From Ascoidea asiatica JCM 7603 (lineage: Eukaryota > Fungi > Ascomycota): 64,000 nucleotides of DNA. A model generated the notes under the pieces. The model had not been told where the DNA came from. It ran no database searches and was given only the letters and a program-made list of their open reading frames with translations. Both the position numbers and the translations under genes were made by a program. The DNA is taken from contig BCKQ01000004.1 of NCBI GenBank assembly GCA_001600695.1, positions 1,292,321 through 1,356,320 of the forward strand, written 5' to 3'. Below are positions 1 to 11,115 of the stretch, piece by piece (the first letter of the stretch is position 1; each line of letters begins with the position of its first letter).

Positions 1-663
1 AGTGTATTACCAACAACTAGTGATTATCCATTTTTAAAGCATTGCTAGAAGTATTTCGTAAAAAGTATCTCATAGAAAGCATCTAATCTTCATCATCATA
101 ATTGAAACTACTCACCAAATCCAAGGTAAAATTCTTACCTTCAATCAAATCATCAAGCTTCCTCCTTTTATCTGAAATCTTAGAAGCCTGAGTTTGACGA
201 GCTGCAACATCCACAACAGAAAAGGATTTGATCTCGGTTCTGGAATAAAGATTGGTCTTAACAACTCCTCTAGATGCAAGCATTGTCATCATATCATATT
301 CTCTTTTCAACTGTTCTCTTTCTGCCAATGCCTCGGTCATACTCCTCAATTCACTTGATCCATTGAATTTGAAAGTACTTTGCGAATTAGTATTATTGAT
401 ATCTGCCACCAATTTCTTAAACCTCTCACTCACTGATAAATATCTTTTCACCAATTCATTAGGATCTTCTGCAGGTTCTGTATCTTCTTGAACAACACAA
501 TTCTCACTGATACGATTCCGGAGATTATCGAGTGTTGTCTGATACTCTTTTCTCAATCTTAAAGCTGAGTATAATTTCATTTCTTTATAATATCTATTAT
601 ATTAATTTATTAATTAATTGATTATTTATTGAATTAAAGTAAGAATTTGCTCTTCCTTTTATA
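1..663. repeat. Left arm of inverted repeat (partner 28940-29618); runs off the window start
   Basis: Reverse complement of 1-663 aligns to 28940-29618; I find 2 substitutions in the CDS, none in the visible 3' flank, and a 15-bp indel plus a few changes near the TATA box. Confidence 0.95.
83..580 (-). CDS. DIP1984-family (bacterial-type) coiled-coil protein, copy 1
   Basis: MKLxxALxLR...VQE..PAEDP.EL...IN.TN...EALA.R..L...YSR.EIK..S.VDV...Q.......R.LD..I...N.T.L pattern matches the bacterial DIP1984 family as I recall it; intronless; TATAAAAG at 656-663. Confidence 0.8.
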   Translation of the reverse strand: MKLYSALRLRKEYQTTLDNLRNRISENCVVQEDTEPAEDPNELVKRYLSVSERFKKLVADINNTNSQSTFKFNGSSELRSMTEALAEREQLKREYDMMTMLASRGVVKTNLYSRTEIKSFSVVDVAARQTQASKISDKRRKLDDLIEGKNFTLDLVSSFNYDDED

Positions 664-937
664 TCATTTTTTCCAAAAGATAAAATGAAATAATTTAAAA
701 ATCAAAAAACTTTGAATAATTTAAAACTGCAATAGTTTTGCAGTAGAAAGTTATTAATTTACCTGAACTTTGGTAAAAGATGATTTATACAATAATAGCA
801 AACTGTAGTGGAATAAATATTAAATGTGGGATAACATTTACCTCCCTTAAGGGGAAAGGTAAGTTCATGCATTTTCTGCTGCATCTAAAAGTCCCAAACA
901 TTTTAAAATCGAAAACGGGAAGCAAAAAAAAAAACGG

Positions 938-966
938 GTCACAAAAACACAAAGTGGATTACGTAA
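938..966. promoter_or_regulatory. MSE-like GTCACAAAA (938-946) and palindromic TTACGTAA bZIP/Yap-type site (959-966) upstream of DIP1984 copy 1
   Basis: Exact matches to gNCRCAAAW and TTACGTAA; short motifs in an AT-rich genome, so chance is possible. Confidence 0.35.
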
Positions 967-1153
967 TTACAATTATGTATACCGTAATTATTTTTAAAGG
1001 TCTGCTATTTTCTAATCCTATTGTATTTGATAAATGAAGCAAACTGAAATAAACCATCGTTACTTAATTTAATGAGATAAGCTAGACTATGTATATATTT
1101 GAAGTTTTATATAAAATATATATTAGAGAAATAAAAAGAATCAGGGAATGTAA

Positions 1154-4100
1154 TTATAATTTACTAGTAAATGAATTTTTTCTTACTGGTTCAATTTTTG
1201 GAATTAAAATTAAAAGTTTATCTTGAGAAAATTTTGTTTTGATGTATCTTTGATCAAAATAATCATCTGTAGGTAATGTAATTGTACGTTTGAATCTTCC
1301 AGCTGAACTTTCTGTAAATTTGAAATTATCCATGCTTTTATCAAAATGTATTTCATAAAATCCTGTTAATTTCAAAACATTAGTATGTTCATTGAATTCA
1401 ACTTCAATTTTATTTTTTTCAGCACCAGGTATTAAAAATATTAATTCACAATATTTGGCTCTATTTCTAATTTCAATAGGTGAATTGAAAAAATTATACT
1501 TAGATTCAATTTCATCTTGAAAATTTAATTCCTTGATGTATTCCTGTGTTTTTTGAAATTCTTTAATTTTTTTTTCCCTATGTTCTTTTGAAGTATTACC
1601 ATTATTTGAGTGAGACTGGAAAGCATTCAAAGAATGAGAAGCTTTTGAATCCTTTTCTAAGCTTTCTAATGTTTCCAAACTTTCTGATTTATTATGATTA
1701 GAATCAATCAATGATACGTTCAATGATTCAAACTCTTTACTTTTCATCTTTTGATTTCCATTGAGTTCAGAAACGCTCTTCTTAGAGTTAAGATTAATAG
1801 ATTTCTGAGTTAGAATCTCTTGTTTTTCTTTCTCATTTTCTACTTTTTTAACTTTTGAATCGACAATAAGCTTTTCATCAATAATCATCTTTTTATTAAA
1901 CTTAAGATCATTTACTTTTTCATTTCGTTTCACTAAGTTTATTTTATCATTATCACTAGAAATAATATAATCATTAGTTTTTATATCTTTTCTCAAATCC
2001 TCCTTTTCTATTGAATTTGAATTAGAATCAAGTCCATTTTTAATTGAGATGATTTGTTCTTTATTTGAAATTGATCTATTTCCATTAATTTTTTCAACTT
2101 TATTTGATTGAACTTCACTTTCATGTTTCCTATGCTCATTTTCTTTTTTAAAATCTGAATTGTTTATACGTTCACTTACTTTTAATTTTCTTGAAGAAAT
2201 AGATTTATTATCACTAATATTCTGTACATTATGAGAAACATTCAAATCTGATTTAAACTCAATTTCATTTTTTCTAATAGTTGAATCGTTTTTGAAACAA
2301 TTTGAGTTTCCATTGTTTTCAACATATTTAGCATTTTCATAAATTTTACCAGCTTTCGAATTTAAGTCAGCTTCATTTATGTCTAACCTTTCGAAAGAAT
2401 CAACTTTAAAATTGCCAACATTTGAAATTGAACGTGATGAATCTTTTGAAAAGTCAGTTGAAGATCTGATATCATTGGAACTATGAGTTTGAGCACGATG
2501 AGATTTATCGTCACTGAATTGTAGATCACTTCTAAAACCTGAGTTTGCGACAATTCTGTGTCCATTATCTTCATATAATTTGTTTTCATATGTACTTTTT
2601 CTAATGTTATCTTTAGAGTAATTTTCTTTTAAACTAGATTCATATCCAGAAACTTTAGAGCCCAGAGTGAAATTTCTTCTATTATCAATTTTTATGTCAT
2701 TTAATTTTAAAATGGAATCAGAATTCAATCTAGAACTTGTATTTAAAACTGATTTTGAAGTTAAATCAGAATTCATTTTAAGTTGATTCATTACATTTTG
2801 TCTAATATCAACATTTGTTTTCATTGTGGAATGTGGATTATTACTAATATTCAATTTAACTTGAGAATTAATACCTTTAGGAGCTGTATTAATTGATTCT
2901 CTTAAACCTGATTTAACAATAACATTAGAACTGGAACCAGAGCCATTTATTAATTTTGAGTCACTTATATCATTAGTAAATTGAGAGCTATAAGTGTTTC
3001 TTTCTTTTGCAGATTGAATTGAAGCTTTAGAGTTGTCAACAGAAATTTTCATATTCTTATATTTCTCTTGATTTTCCAAGTGTCCTTTATAGCCCATGAA
3101 ATTTTGGCTAATAGGTTCTTGTGGTAAGCTTTTATTTGAGTTCATTGAAGTATTAATATCTACATATTTAAATCCATTTGATTTCGCTAATGGAACAAAT
3201 CCTGTAACTTGATTTGGGAAGTCTTTTTTTAAAGCACCTGAATGTTCAAAGGAATTTCCACCTGATTTTTGAAAATCATCATAACTATTACTTCTCGATA
3301 TTGTGATTTTAGAAACCGATGGAGTTGAGCTTGCTGCTTTCAAAGGAACAAAGCCTGTTATTTTTTTTGGATAATCTATTTTCAATCCTCCTTGACTATT
3401 ATAACCATTAGACAGATAACTGGATGAATCGTTATACTCCTTAGCAATTAAATTAGTACCTTTTGATTCAACAATAGAACTTTCAACTTTGAATTTACCA
3501 TCTCGGTTAAATCGTTCATTTTGATTACATCTTGTTTGCTTGGTTCCTTGTCCATAAACTAGACCATTGTTTACTTTTTCTTTTGTATTGAAATGATTTG
3601 CTGCTGTTTTGAAACTACTTCTTCCGGTTTCATTATTAGCACGATTTGAACTTGAAGAAACAAATTTAGTATCAGAGATAATTGAGACATTTGAATTCAA
3701 TGGATAGGAGGAAGAAATAGATTTATTGTGCTTTGATTCCAAACCAGGGGATATTTTCTTGGAATCTTTGACAGATACTTTATGATTAAAGTTTTCTTCT
3801 GAAAAAGTTGGTTGAAAAGAATTAACATTGGAGCTGGAATTTGAGAATGAAGTTACTTTATTATTGGAGTGTAAATTAGAGTTCGAGCTTAAAATTGAAT
3901 TGAATGATGATGACTTAGACTGTATTGAATGTTGCTTAACGATAGAATTTGTAGTTGCATTCAAGTTTGGATTTTTAGTTGCAGTTTTAGTACAAATCCT
4001 ATTATCAAATCCTGCATTAACTCCTGAAGTTTCTGTTGATGGCATACATCCATTTTTACCACCTGTTACATTTCTCACTTGAGATCCTTTTTTAGTATCA

Positions 4101-5611
4101 GCAATACTACTAACTCCACTTAAACTTGAAGTTAAAGTAGAATAAGTTTTTGAGGGAATTTTATCAGGAAAAGCTTGAACTTCAGCTGTATTTAATTTAC
4201 CAGATTTCTGATTTGAGGTGAGACTTAAATTAATGTCGGATGAAGAATTAGAATTTATGTTAGAAAACTGGTTCAAATTAGAGTTTGAAGGCTGTTTTGA
4301 CAATGAAATTGAACCAGTTGTTTTTTTTGACTGTGCGTTATTAGAAGAATCTTGTGAAGATTTTGAGTAACTTGCATAAATTTTTGAGGAAGAGCCCAAA
4401 AGAGTACTAGAGTCAGGATTTATGGTTGAAGTGACTACTTTTGTTGCATTAGGATGTAAATTTACAGCAGTTTCCCCTCCATAATAGCTTCTATTTAAAC
4501 CAGTCGAGGTACTTTGAGATTTGTTATCGGAAAAACTTTTATTGATAGCAGTGTTTGAATCAACAACATTTTGATTTGAAATAAGTTTTGAGCTGTGTTT
4601 AAAAGAAGAACTTTTTGAATTGTCATTAAAAAGTTTATTTGAAGTGTTAGCTGAATATGTTTTTGATTGTGCTGTTGAGTAGAAATCTTTGTCATGATCA
4701 GACTTCCTTATCACATCTTGACTAGATTTTATATACCCTTTAGAAATTGTCGAGATATTAGGACCAGGAACAGAGGTGAAATTGGGACTTTTTGTGATTA
4801 CCTTATTTGAGTTTAAATTTGTATTTGAAGGTGCAATATCCTTTTTACTATCTGTAGTGATTTTTGTATCAACTTTTGTAGAATGAAAACCTTTATTCAA
4901 ACTAATCGAAGGCTTTGAAGAGTTGTTAACAGATGATTTTTGAATAAAACTATGATTTGAAGTTAATGACTTTTTATCAGAATTTAGGTTTAAATCATTT
5001 TGGGATGATCTATTTAAATTAATATTTGAGGCTTGACTAAAATTAGAATTCGAAGATAAACTGGAAGATTTATTAAACTGTGAATTGGAATCCTTTGCTT
5101 TTTGATAGACTTTAGAAGTATTTTTAGAAATTGTTGAAGTCAAACATGGAACAGGTCCAAAAGATGAATTGGAGTTTGCGATCATTGCTTTACTTGAATT
5201 TAAAGTAGAATTTGAAATTCGATCTTTTGAGCTCGCATTGGAAGAATCATTTATTGTTTTCTCTGCTTTATAAGTTGAAATGGATTTATCAAAATTAGTT
5301 TTTATATTTAATTGTTTATTTGAAATTATAGAATTATCTAAAACTGTATCTGAAATGGAAAGAGATCTTGTATTAGAATTGGAATTGGAATTGGAATTAG
5401 AACTTGAACTAGAATTTGATCTGGAATATAAATGTGAATTTGAGCTCTTTAATTTACCATGAATGACTTTGATAGCACTAATTTCAACTACATCTGAGTC
5501 TGGAAAACCATTGAATTTTTGATTAGCTTTATCATCAGAAATAACTTGAAATGAACTCAGATCTTCTAAATTGAAGAATTTTTTAAATATTGGGTTATCT
5601 AAAATGTTCAT
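1154..5611 (-). CDS. Giant Ser/Asn-rich protein with C-terminal HSP20/alpha-crystallin domain (Hsp42-like architecture)
   Basis: C-terminal ~110 aa: LIFLIPGAEKNKIEVEF..VLKLTG...ESSAGRFKRTITLP...IKTKFSQDKLLILIPK; the rest is low complexity. Confidence 0.75.
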   Translation of the reverse strand: MNILDNPIFKKFFNLEDLSSFQVISDDKANQKFNGFPDSDVVEISAIKVIHGKLKSSNSHLYSRSNSSSSSNSNSNSNSNTRSLSISDTVLDNSIISNKQLNIKTNFDKSISTYKAEKTINDSSNASSKDRISNSTLNSSKAMIANSNSSFGPVPCLTSTISKNTSKVYQKAKDSNSQFNKSSSLSSNSNFSQASNINLNRSSQNDLNLNSDKKSLTSNHSFIQKSSVNNSSKPSISLNKGFHSTKVDTKITTDSKKDIAPSNTNLNSNKVITKSPNFTSVPGPNISTISKGYIKSSQDVIRKSDHDKDFYSTAQSKTYSANTSNKLFNDNSKSSSFKHSSKLISNQNVVDSNTAINKSFSDNKSQSTSTGLNRSYYGGETAVNLHPNATKVVTSTINPDSSTLLGSSSKIYASYSKSSQDSSNNAQSKKTTGSISLSKQPSNSNLNQFSNINSNSSSDINLSLTSNQKSGKLNTAEVQAFPDKIPSKTYSTLTSSLSGVSSIADTKKGSQVRNVTGGKNGCMPSTETSGVNAGFDNRICTKTATKNPNLNATTNSIVKQHSIQSKSSSFNSILSSNSNLHSNNKVTSFSNSSSNVNSFQPTFSEENFNHKVSVKDSKKISPGLESKHNKSISSSYPLNSNVSIISDTKFVSSSSNRANNETGRSSFKTAANHFNTKEKVNNGLVYGQGTKQTRCNQNERFNRDGKFKVESSIVESKGTNLIAKEYNDSSSYLSNGYNSQGGLKIDYPKKITGFVPLKAASSTPSVSKITISRSNSYDDFQKSGGNSFEHSGALKKDFPNQVTGFVPLAKSNGFKYVDINTSMNSNKSLPQEPISQNFMGYKGHLENQEKYKNMKISVDNSKASIQSAKERNTYSSQFTNDISDSKLINGSGSSSNVIVKSGLRESINTAPKGINSQVKLNISNNPHSTMKTNVDIRQNVMNQLKMNSDLTSKSVLNTSSRLNSDSILKLNDIKIDNRRNFTLGSKVSGYESSLKENYSKDNIRKSTYENKLYEDNGHRIVANSGFRSDLQFSDDKSHRAQTHSSNDIRSSTDFSKDSSRSISNVGNFKVDSFERLDINEADLNSKAGKIYENAKYVENNGNSNCFKNDSTIRKNEIEFKSDLNVSHNVQNISDNKSISSRKLKVSERINNSDFKKENEHRKHESEVQSNKVEKINGNRSISNKEQIISIKNGLDSNSNSIEKEDLRKDIKTNDYIISSDNDKINLVKRNEKVNDLKFNKKMIIDEKLIVDSKVKKVENEKEKQEILTQKSINLNSKKSVSELNGNQKMKSKEFESLNVSLIDSNHNKSESLETLESLEKDSKASHSLNAFQSHSNNGNTSKEHREKKIKEFQKTQEYIKELNFQDEIESKYNFFNSPIEIRNRAKYCELIFLIPGAEKNKIEVEFNEHTNVLKLTGFYEIHFDKSMDNFKFTESSAGRFKRTITLPTDDYFDQRYIKTKFSQDKLLILIPKIEPVRKNSFTSKL

Positions 5612-5809
5612 TTTTAAAGTAATTTAAGTAGAAAAAATAAATGTGTGTCTTTTTGAAAAAATTTTGTAAATAAAAATATTAATATTTTTAAAATGATATG
5701 CATATATAATAATATTCATAAATGAATCATAAATAGTTTGAAAGACATTCTTTGATGCTTTTTATATCATTTTAATAAAATTTAGTATAATCAATTGAGT
5801 TATATTTAC

Positions 5810-5822
5810 TTCAAGAACATTC
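5810..5822. promoter_or_regulatory. Heat-shock element (3 units)
   Basis: TTCaaGAAcaTTC, ~200 bp upstream of the ATG at 5611. Confidence 0.7.
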
Positions 5823-6087
5823 TAACCCATAGCAATTGAACATTAATATTTTAATTGAGGCTGGACGTAGATATTATTATTTCAAGAGACATCCAAAGAA
5901 TAGTGAAGAATTGAAACATTTGGATATGTATATGTGAAATTCATAATATTTATCAATAAATAATAAATAAATTTTGCAATTTTTGTCGAAATCAATTTTA
6001 TTTTGAGTATAAATTGCCCTAATTCCATAATATTCTGAGATCTGGATAGCTTCAAATTGCATTTTATTTACCCCGGTTAAAGCTCTG

Positions 6088-6100
6088 GAAGTTTCTTGAA
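6088..6100. promoter_or_regulatory. Heat-shock element (3 units)
   Basis: GAAgtTTCttGAA flanked by near-units, ~480 bp upstream of the ATG at 5611. Confidence 0.7.
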
Positions 6101-6486
6101 AAGTTCAGAGTCGATTTGACGAATTATTTTTTTCTAAATAAATTGTTTTCTAAATAAATCAACAAAAGAATACTCAAAGAATACTTGCAGAATACTTACT
6201 TCGAACCAATAATAGTATTGGTAGCAACACTGTATTATGATAGTGATGTCAATTGGCGATTGAGTAAGCAGTTCATTTTACTACTCTTGTCATTTTTACT
6301 GTTTTCAGTTTCATTTGAAAAAAGTCTAAAATAATATACTGTATATGGTTTAGAGATAAAAATAGTTTAAACGAAGAAATGAATAAAAAATAAAGAATAT
6401 TTACTGCTTGTTATATTGGACAATTAGTAATTGATTCTTTATAAGAGAAAATAAAGTCGAAATTCCAGAAATATTCATGTAAAATA

Positions 6487-7125
6487 TCAATAATAATCAG
6501 GTCTTCCACCATATTCTGGAGGTCTTTCATCAGATCCTCTTCCATATTCAGGACCTCTTTGATATTCATCTGGGCCTCTTTGATAATCGTCAGGATCTCT
6601 TTGATACTCATCAGGACCCCTCTGATAATCATCAGGACCTCTCTGATAATCATCAGGACCTCTTTGATAATCATTAGATCTTGAATTATCATCTTCTGGA
6701 GGACGAGAATATTCGTTTCTTTCTCTTTCCCTTTGTCTTTCTTTTTCTCTTTCTTCTTCTTCTTCTTCTTCATGATCATTTTCTCTATGTTCTTCATATA
6801 AATCTTCAACTTTATTACCAAGAATTGCACCACCAATGGCACCAGCAATACCTCCTAAAATTTTATGATTTTTAAAATATTTTGAACCAGCATATGCACC
6901 AGCAGCTCCACCTGCAGTAGTTGCTAAAAATCCTCTTGTATCTTCACCATCAGAATCTTCATTAGCAGATGAAGTATCAGAATGATTTCCATCATCTTCA
7001 TCATTATCTTCATGTCTTCGTCTTCTTGGTGGATCTTCATCATAATCACCTCTTGGTCTATCATTATAATCTTCATTACCATAACCTCTTGGAGGTTCAT
7101 CTTGATTTCCATAATAATCACCCAT
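6487..7125 (-). CDS. Glycine-zipper (2TM-like) protein with acidic tails and PDDYQRG repeats; paralog of 52431-53090
   Basis: RGFLATTAGGAAGAYAG...ILGGIAGAIGGAILGNKVED GxxxG helices; shares DTSSAN and YEEHRENDH with the paralog. Confidence 0.75.
   Translation of the reverse strand: MGDYYGNQDEPPRGYGNEDYNDRPRGDYDEDPPRRRRHEDNDEDDGNHSDTSSANEDSDGEDTRGFLATTAGGAAGAYAGSKYFKNHKILGGIAGAIGGAILGNKVEDLYEEHRENDHEEEEEEEREKERQRERERNEYSRPPEDDNSRSNDYQRGPDDYQRGPDDYQRGPDEYQRDPDDYQRGPDEYQRGPEYGRGSDERPPEYGGRPDYY
6550..6675 (-). repeat. 21-bp coding tandem repeat x6 (PD[DE]YQR[GD])
   Basis: Directly visible in DNA and protein. Confidence 0.9.
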
Positions 7126-7691
7126 TTTTAATGTAATTGAATGTAATTTTGAATTTTAGATATAATTTTATTAAAAGATATAAGAATAATTATTTAGAAT
7201 ATACCAGTACATTTCAAACGTTTTTATATTATTTCATTTTCAATTACAATTTATTTATAAACTTATAATAATAATAAGTTGATTAAAATATAATTATATA
7301 AAGTAATAAATAAACCAATTGAATTAAGAATATAATTGAGAAAGCCACTATTATTTAAGAAGTTAAATATTGATTTTTAAATTAAATTAAAAGAGTCAAT
7401 TTATTCATTTCCAAGGTTATTAAAAACATATTAAAAATTTAATTGAATATTCTTTTGATTGGAGTTAATGTTAACCTGATATTTTTCTAGTTATTTAAAT
7501 TAAGATATACGAATAAAAAAAGAAAAGTTAAGGGAGTAAGAAGTGAGAATTTATTGAGAACGGATTTTGATTGGAGAAAAGAATAAAAATAAGTAACTTT
7601 GATTTAAATGATAATTAATAAATTAAGATTAAATAACAATTATAAAAAATTAAAATTAGATAAAATTATTTGAAGAGATTAAAGAAAAGAA

Positions 7692-8582
7692 ATGAATAAA
7701 GGAATTAAAATAATATTGATTGATTTTAATGAAGAATTATGTTATCATTGGAAAAGATATGTAAATGAATTTGATAAATTGAATTTATCATTAAATTGGT
7801 TAAATAGAAAAGTTTCAATTGAAATTCATAATGGAACCTTAGATTCCTTACCATTATCAATGATTAAAGTTAATAATAACAATAACAATAACAATAATGA
7901 TAATGATAATTCAATTTCAACAATAATATCACCAGGTAATTCATTAGGATATATGGGAGGTGGATTTGATAAAGCAATTGCAAAATATTTTATTGATGAA
8001 GATATTAATAAAATTGATAAAGATTCATGGATTAAAACTGAATTAAAAGTTCAAGAAAAATTAAGATTTTATTCAAATGGATATGTTGCAAGAAATTGTG
8101 CAAGATTAATAGAATTTGATGAAAAAAAAGATTTTGAATTTAATAAATCAGAAGCATGGAAATTATTTAAAGCAAAATATATTTTACATGTACCAACAAT
8201 GAGAACTCCACAAATTATTTCAAGAAATATAAATCAATATAGTTTTATATTTGATTGTACATGGCAAATATTAACTTGTGTTAATTCATATAATAGATTT
8301 CATCAAAATAAAGAGAATGAATTCATTGATACTTTAATTATACCTGGATTAGGTACAGGATATGGACAAATTCCATTCAAAGTTTGTGCAAAATCTATGA
8401 TTGTTTCAATTTTAATTTATACAATTAAAGAATTTTCATCAAATGAAAAATCTGCATATTGTTTAAGATTTCTTGAAGAAGATTTAGATTCTTTGATTTA
8501 TCCTCCTCTTGAAGATTTCCCAGATGATGTATATATATCCAAAAAACATTCAATCAGAAGACTATTTTATGGTAAAGAATGA
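7692..8582 (+). CDS. Macro-domain protein, YMR087W-like ADP-ribose-1''-phosphate phosphatase family
   Basis: IILID.N....W, ISPGNSLGYMGGGFDKAI, YILHVPTM, LIIPGLGTGYG.IP...CAKSM motifs. Confidence 0.85.
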   Translation: MNKGIKIILIDFNEELCYHWKRYVNEFDKLNLSLNWLNRKVSIEIHNGTLDSLPLSMIKVNNNNNNNNNDNDNSISTIISPGNSLGYMGGGFDKAIAKYFIDEDINKIDKDSWIKTELKVQEKLRFYSNGYVARNCARLIEFDEKKDFEFNKSEAWKLFKAKYILHVPTMRTPQIISRNINQYSFIFDCTWQILTCVNSYNRFHQNKENEFIDTLIIPGLGTGYGQIPFKVCAKSMIVSILIYTIKEFSSNEKSAYCLRFLEEDLDSLIYPPLEDFPDDVYISKKHSIRRLFYGKE

Positions 8583-9411
8583 ACAAAATAAATTATAGAA
8601 TATAAATATAAAATATAGAATATAGAATATAGAATATAGAATACAAAATAAAGAGTAGAGTAGAATTAGGCTATTATTATTATTATTATGACTAAAGTTA
8701 CTATTGTTTGTTATCATATCTTTTGAATTTCAAAGCAAGCAGTTCCAGATAAATGGACTCGGTACTATCAGGTGATTAAATATTTTTGTATCCAAGAAAA
8801 TGGACTTGTATACATCATGTGATTATAAGAAGTTCCTAATAATTGGTTACACTGGTATCATGTGACATAAACAAAACTACCATGTATATGGTTTTTATTT
8901 GATCACATGTTTTTTTTTTTTTCCTGGCTGGCTTGTTTTCGGATTCATTTTCCAGCAGCAGCAGCTGCGAACTGGCTCATTAAATTGAAACTCTGTTCGA
9001 TAACCGTTTATTTTCGAGATCTCGAGAAACGTTATCGATCGATAAGAATCTGGTTTTAAGTGTCATACGGAACCAACACACCGAAATTATCATCCAAAAC
9101 TTATATCAAATTGATCAATAATAATCAATAATAATCAATAATGAACAATAATGGATGATTTTCTTTTCAATTTATTGCCAATTCTTGTCAGTTTCTTGGA
9201 TATATTTTAAATTATAGCATGATTTTTTCAAAATTTAATTCATTTCAATTCATTATTTCATTTTTTCTTTTAATTTCCTAGAATTTTCATATATAAATAT
9301 TTCCTTGATTCCTAGATTCCTAGAATTTGACTAATATTTCATTATTCAAAAAATTTATAGTCTTAGTGTAAATACTATCAATAAACTTTTAAATTATCCA
9401 ATTTTAACAAA

Positions 9412-10551
9412 ATGTCAATGTTTCAAACTCCTTTATATGATGAAGACATAATTGTCTTAGGTGCTGGTATTATAGGTTTATCAATTGCCAGATTATTATT
9501 ACAAAAAGGTTATAAAGTTAAAATTATTGCAAAAAATATACCAAATGATACAGCAAATGAACAAGAAAAAAATGAAAATGATATATTTTATGCTTCAAAT
9601 TGGGCTGGTGCTCAATGGTATGGAGGTAAAGATTATCAACATATTTCAAATGATGATAAAATTATGAAATCTATTGCTTATAGATATTTTAAAAATGATT
9701 CAATTGCAAGTAATGAAAGTGGTTGTTGTATTATAAGATTTAAAGAATTTTTTGAAGTTGAACCTGATTTAAATAATTTATGGTATTCAAATGTTAATTC
9801 TAATTTTAAAAAAATTCCTGAAAATGAATTACCAAAAAATGATTCAAATATTAAAATTGGTTATGAATATGATAATATTGTAATTGATCCAACTTATTAT
9901 TTACCATATCTTAAAAATGAAATTTTAAAATTATCAAATAATAAAAATTTATTTATTAAATATAATATAAATTCAATTAATGAAATTAAATTAAAATTTA
10001 ATAATTCTTCAATTTTTTTAAATTGTTTAGGTTTAGGTTCAAGATATTTAAATGGTATTAAAGATACTGATTCATATCCATGTAGAGGACAAACTTTAAT
10101 GATTCAAAATACAAATTATAATGATTTATATTGGCTTAATGGTAAATCTTATACTTATTTAATTCCAAGACCAAAAAATAAAGTTTTAATTTGTGGTGGT
10201 GTAAAACAAGAATATAATACAAGTACAATCCCAGATGATTATGTTACAAAAGATATTATAAAAAGAGCAAATGATTTAGCTCCAAAAATTATTTCTAAAA
10301 ATCCAGATATTAAACAAATTGTTTTAGGTATAAGACCAATGAGAAAAGGTGGTTTTAGAATTGATAAAGAAATTTTAGAATTACCAACTAATGGTTCATC
10401 AAAAACAAAATATTTATTACATTGTTATGGTTTTGGTGGTGAAGGTTATATCTTTTCATATGGTGCTGCAACTAAAATTATTAATATGATTGATGAAATT
10501 GAAAAATTAAACATTTTAAAAATTAACTTACCATATAAAGCTAAATTATAG
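9412..10551 (+). CDS. D-amino-acid / D-aspartate oxidase, peroxisomal
   Basis: IIVLGAGIIGLS FAD motif, YASNWAGA, PCRGQT, YLIPRP, GIRPMRKGG.R, HCYGFGGEGY; C-terminal PTS1 -AKL. Confidence 0.9.
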   Translation: MSMFQTPLYDEDIIVLGAGIIGLSIARLLLQKGYKVKIIAKNIPNDTANEQEKNENDIFYASNWAGAQWYGGKDYQHISNDDKIMKSIAYRYFKNDSIASNESGCCIIRFKEFFEVEPDLNNLWYSNVNSNFKKIPENELPKNDSNIKIGYEYDNIVIDPTYYLPYLKNEILKLSNNKNLFIKYNINSINEIKLKFNNSSIFLNCLGLGSRYLNGIKDTDSYPCRGQTLMIQNTNYNDLYWLNGKSYTYLIPRPKNKVLICGGVKQEYNTSTIPDDYVTKDIIKRANDLAPKIISKNPDIKQIVLGIRPMRKGGFRIDKEILELPTNGSSKTKYLLHCYGFGGEGYIFSYGAATKIINMIDEIEKLNILKINLPYKAKL

Positions 10552-11115
10552 ATTTCTCACTCATTCAATGATAATTAATAAGTAATTAATAACTAATAAC
10601 TAATAAATAATAGACAAATTATAGATAAATTAATAGATAAATAATAAAATTCAAAATCAATGTAGTTTTTAAGGGACGGTCCATCCTAAAGACATAACCT
10701 CTTTGACCTAGTTAGGACAGCGGATATAAACATTTCCGTATAGTTTATTAAATCCGTGGTTTTAAAATCCTTCTGAGCCAGCTCTGTGGGTCGAAGGGGT
10801 GCAGTTATTCACTGAACCCTTTTTTTCCGCCATTTGTTCGTGTTGCTGCTAAATGAACTTAAACCTACTTTTTCGGCCAAGATCTTTTAGATAACTGAAT
10901 TTCATTAAGTGTATTTCTTCAAAATGAAACTACCATATCTCATTATCAAACTAATTCTCATTTAGTTTCTGTTTATCCAGTTTATTTCTTTTTTTTAAAC
11001 ATGCTTATAGACTTATAGATCATGAAGAAGATTTTATTATCTACTTTCATGAATTTCTATACATTTAGTTATATCTATTCTCTTTTGCTTTAATCCATAA
11101 GCAATTACATATAAA

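Noticed and set aside
252-491. Antisense ORFs over the DIP1984 copies (also 29128-29367) and other short ORFs overlapping real genes or tRNAs
   Set aside because: Shadow frames of AT-rich, low-complexity coding sequence or of tRNA genes; no domain signal
83-580. Cholesterol-dependent cytolysin (septicolysin) call
   Set aside because: Only 165 aa, helical, no undecapeptide; that label is a known mis-annotation of this family
83-580. Bacterial contamination of the assembly
   Set aside because: Copies are embedded among yeast genes, have TATA promoters, and copy 3 has host-like codon usage
10795-10826. Hairpin followed by a T-run resembling a bacterial intrinsic terminator
   Set aside because: Eukaryotic promoter context, imperfect stem, no associated gene
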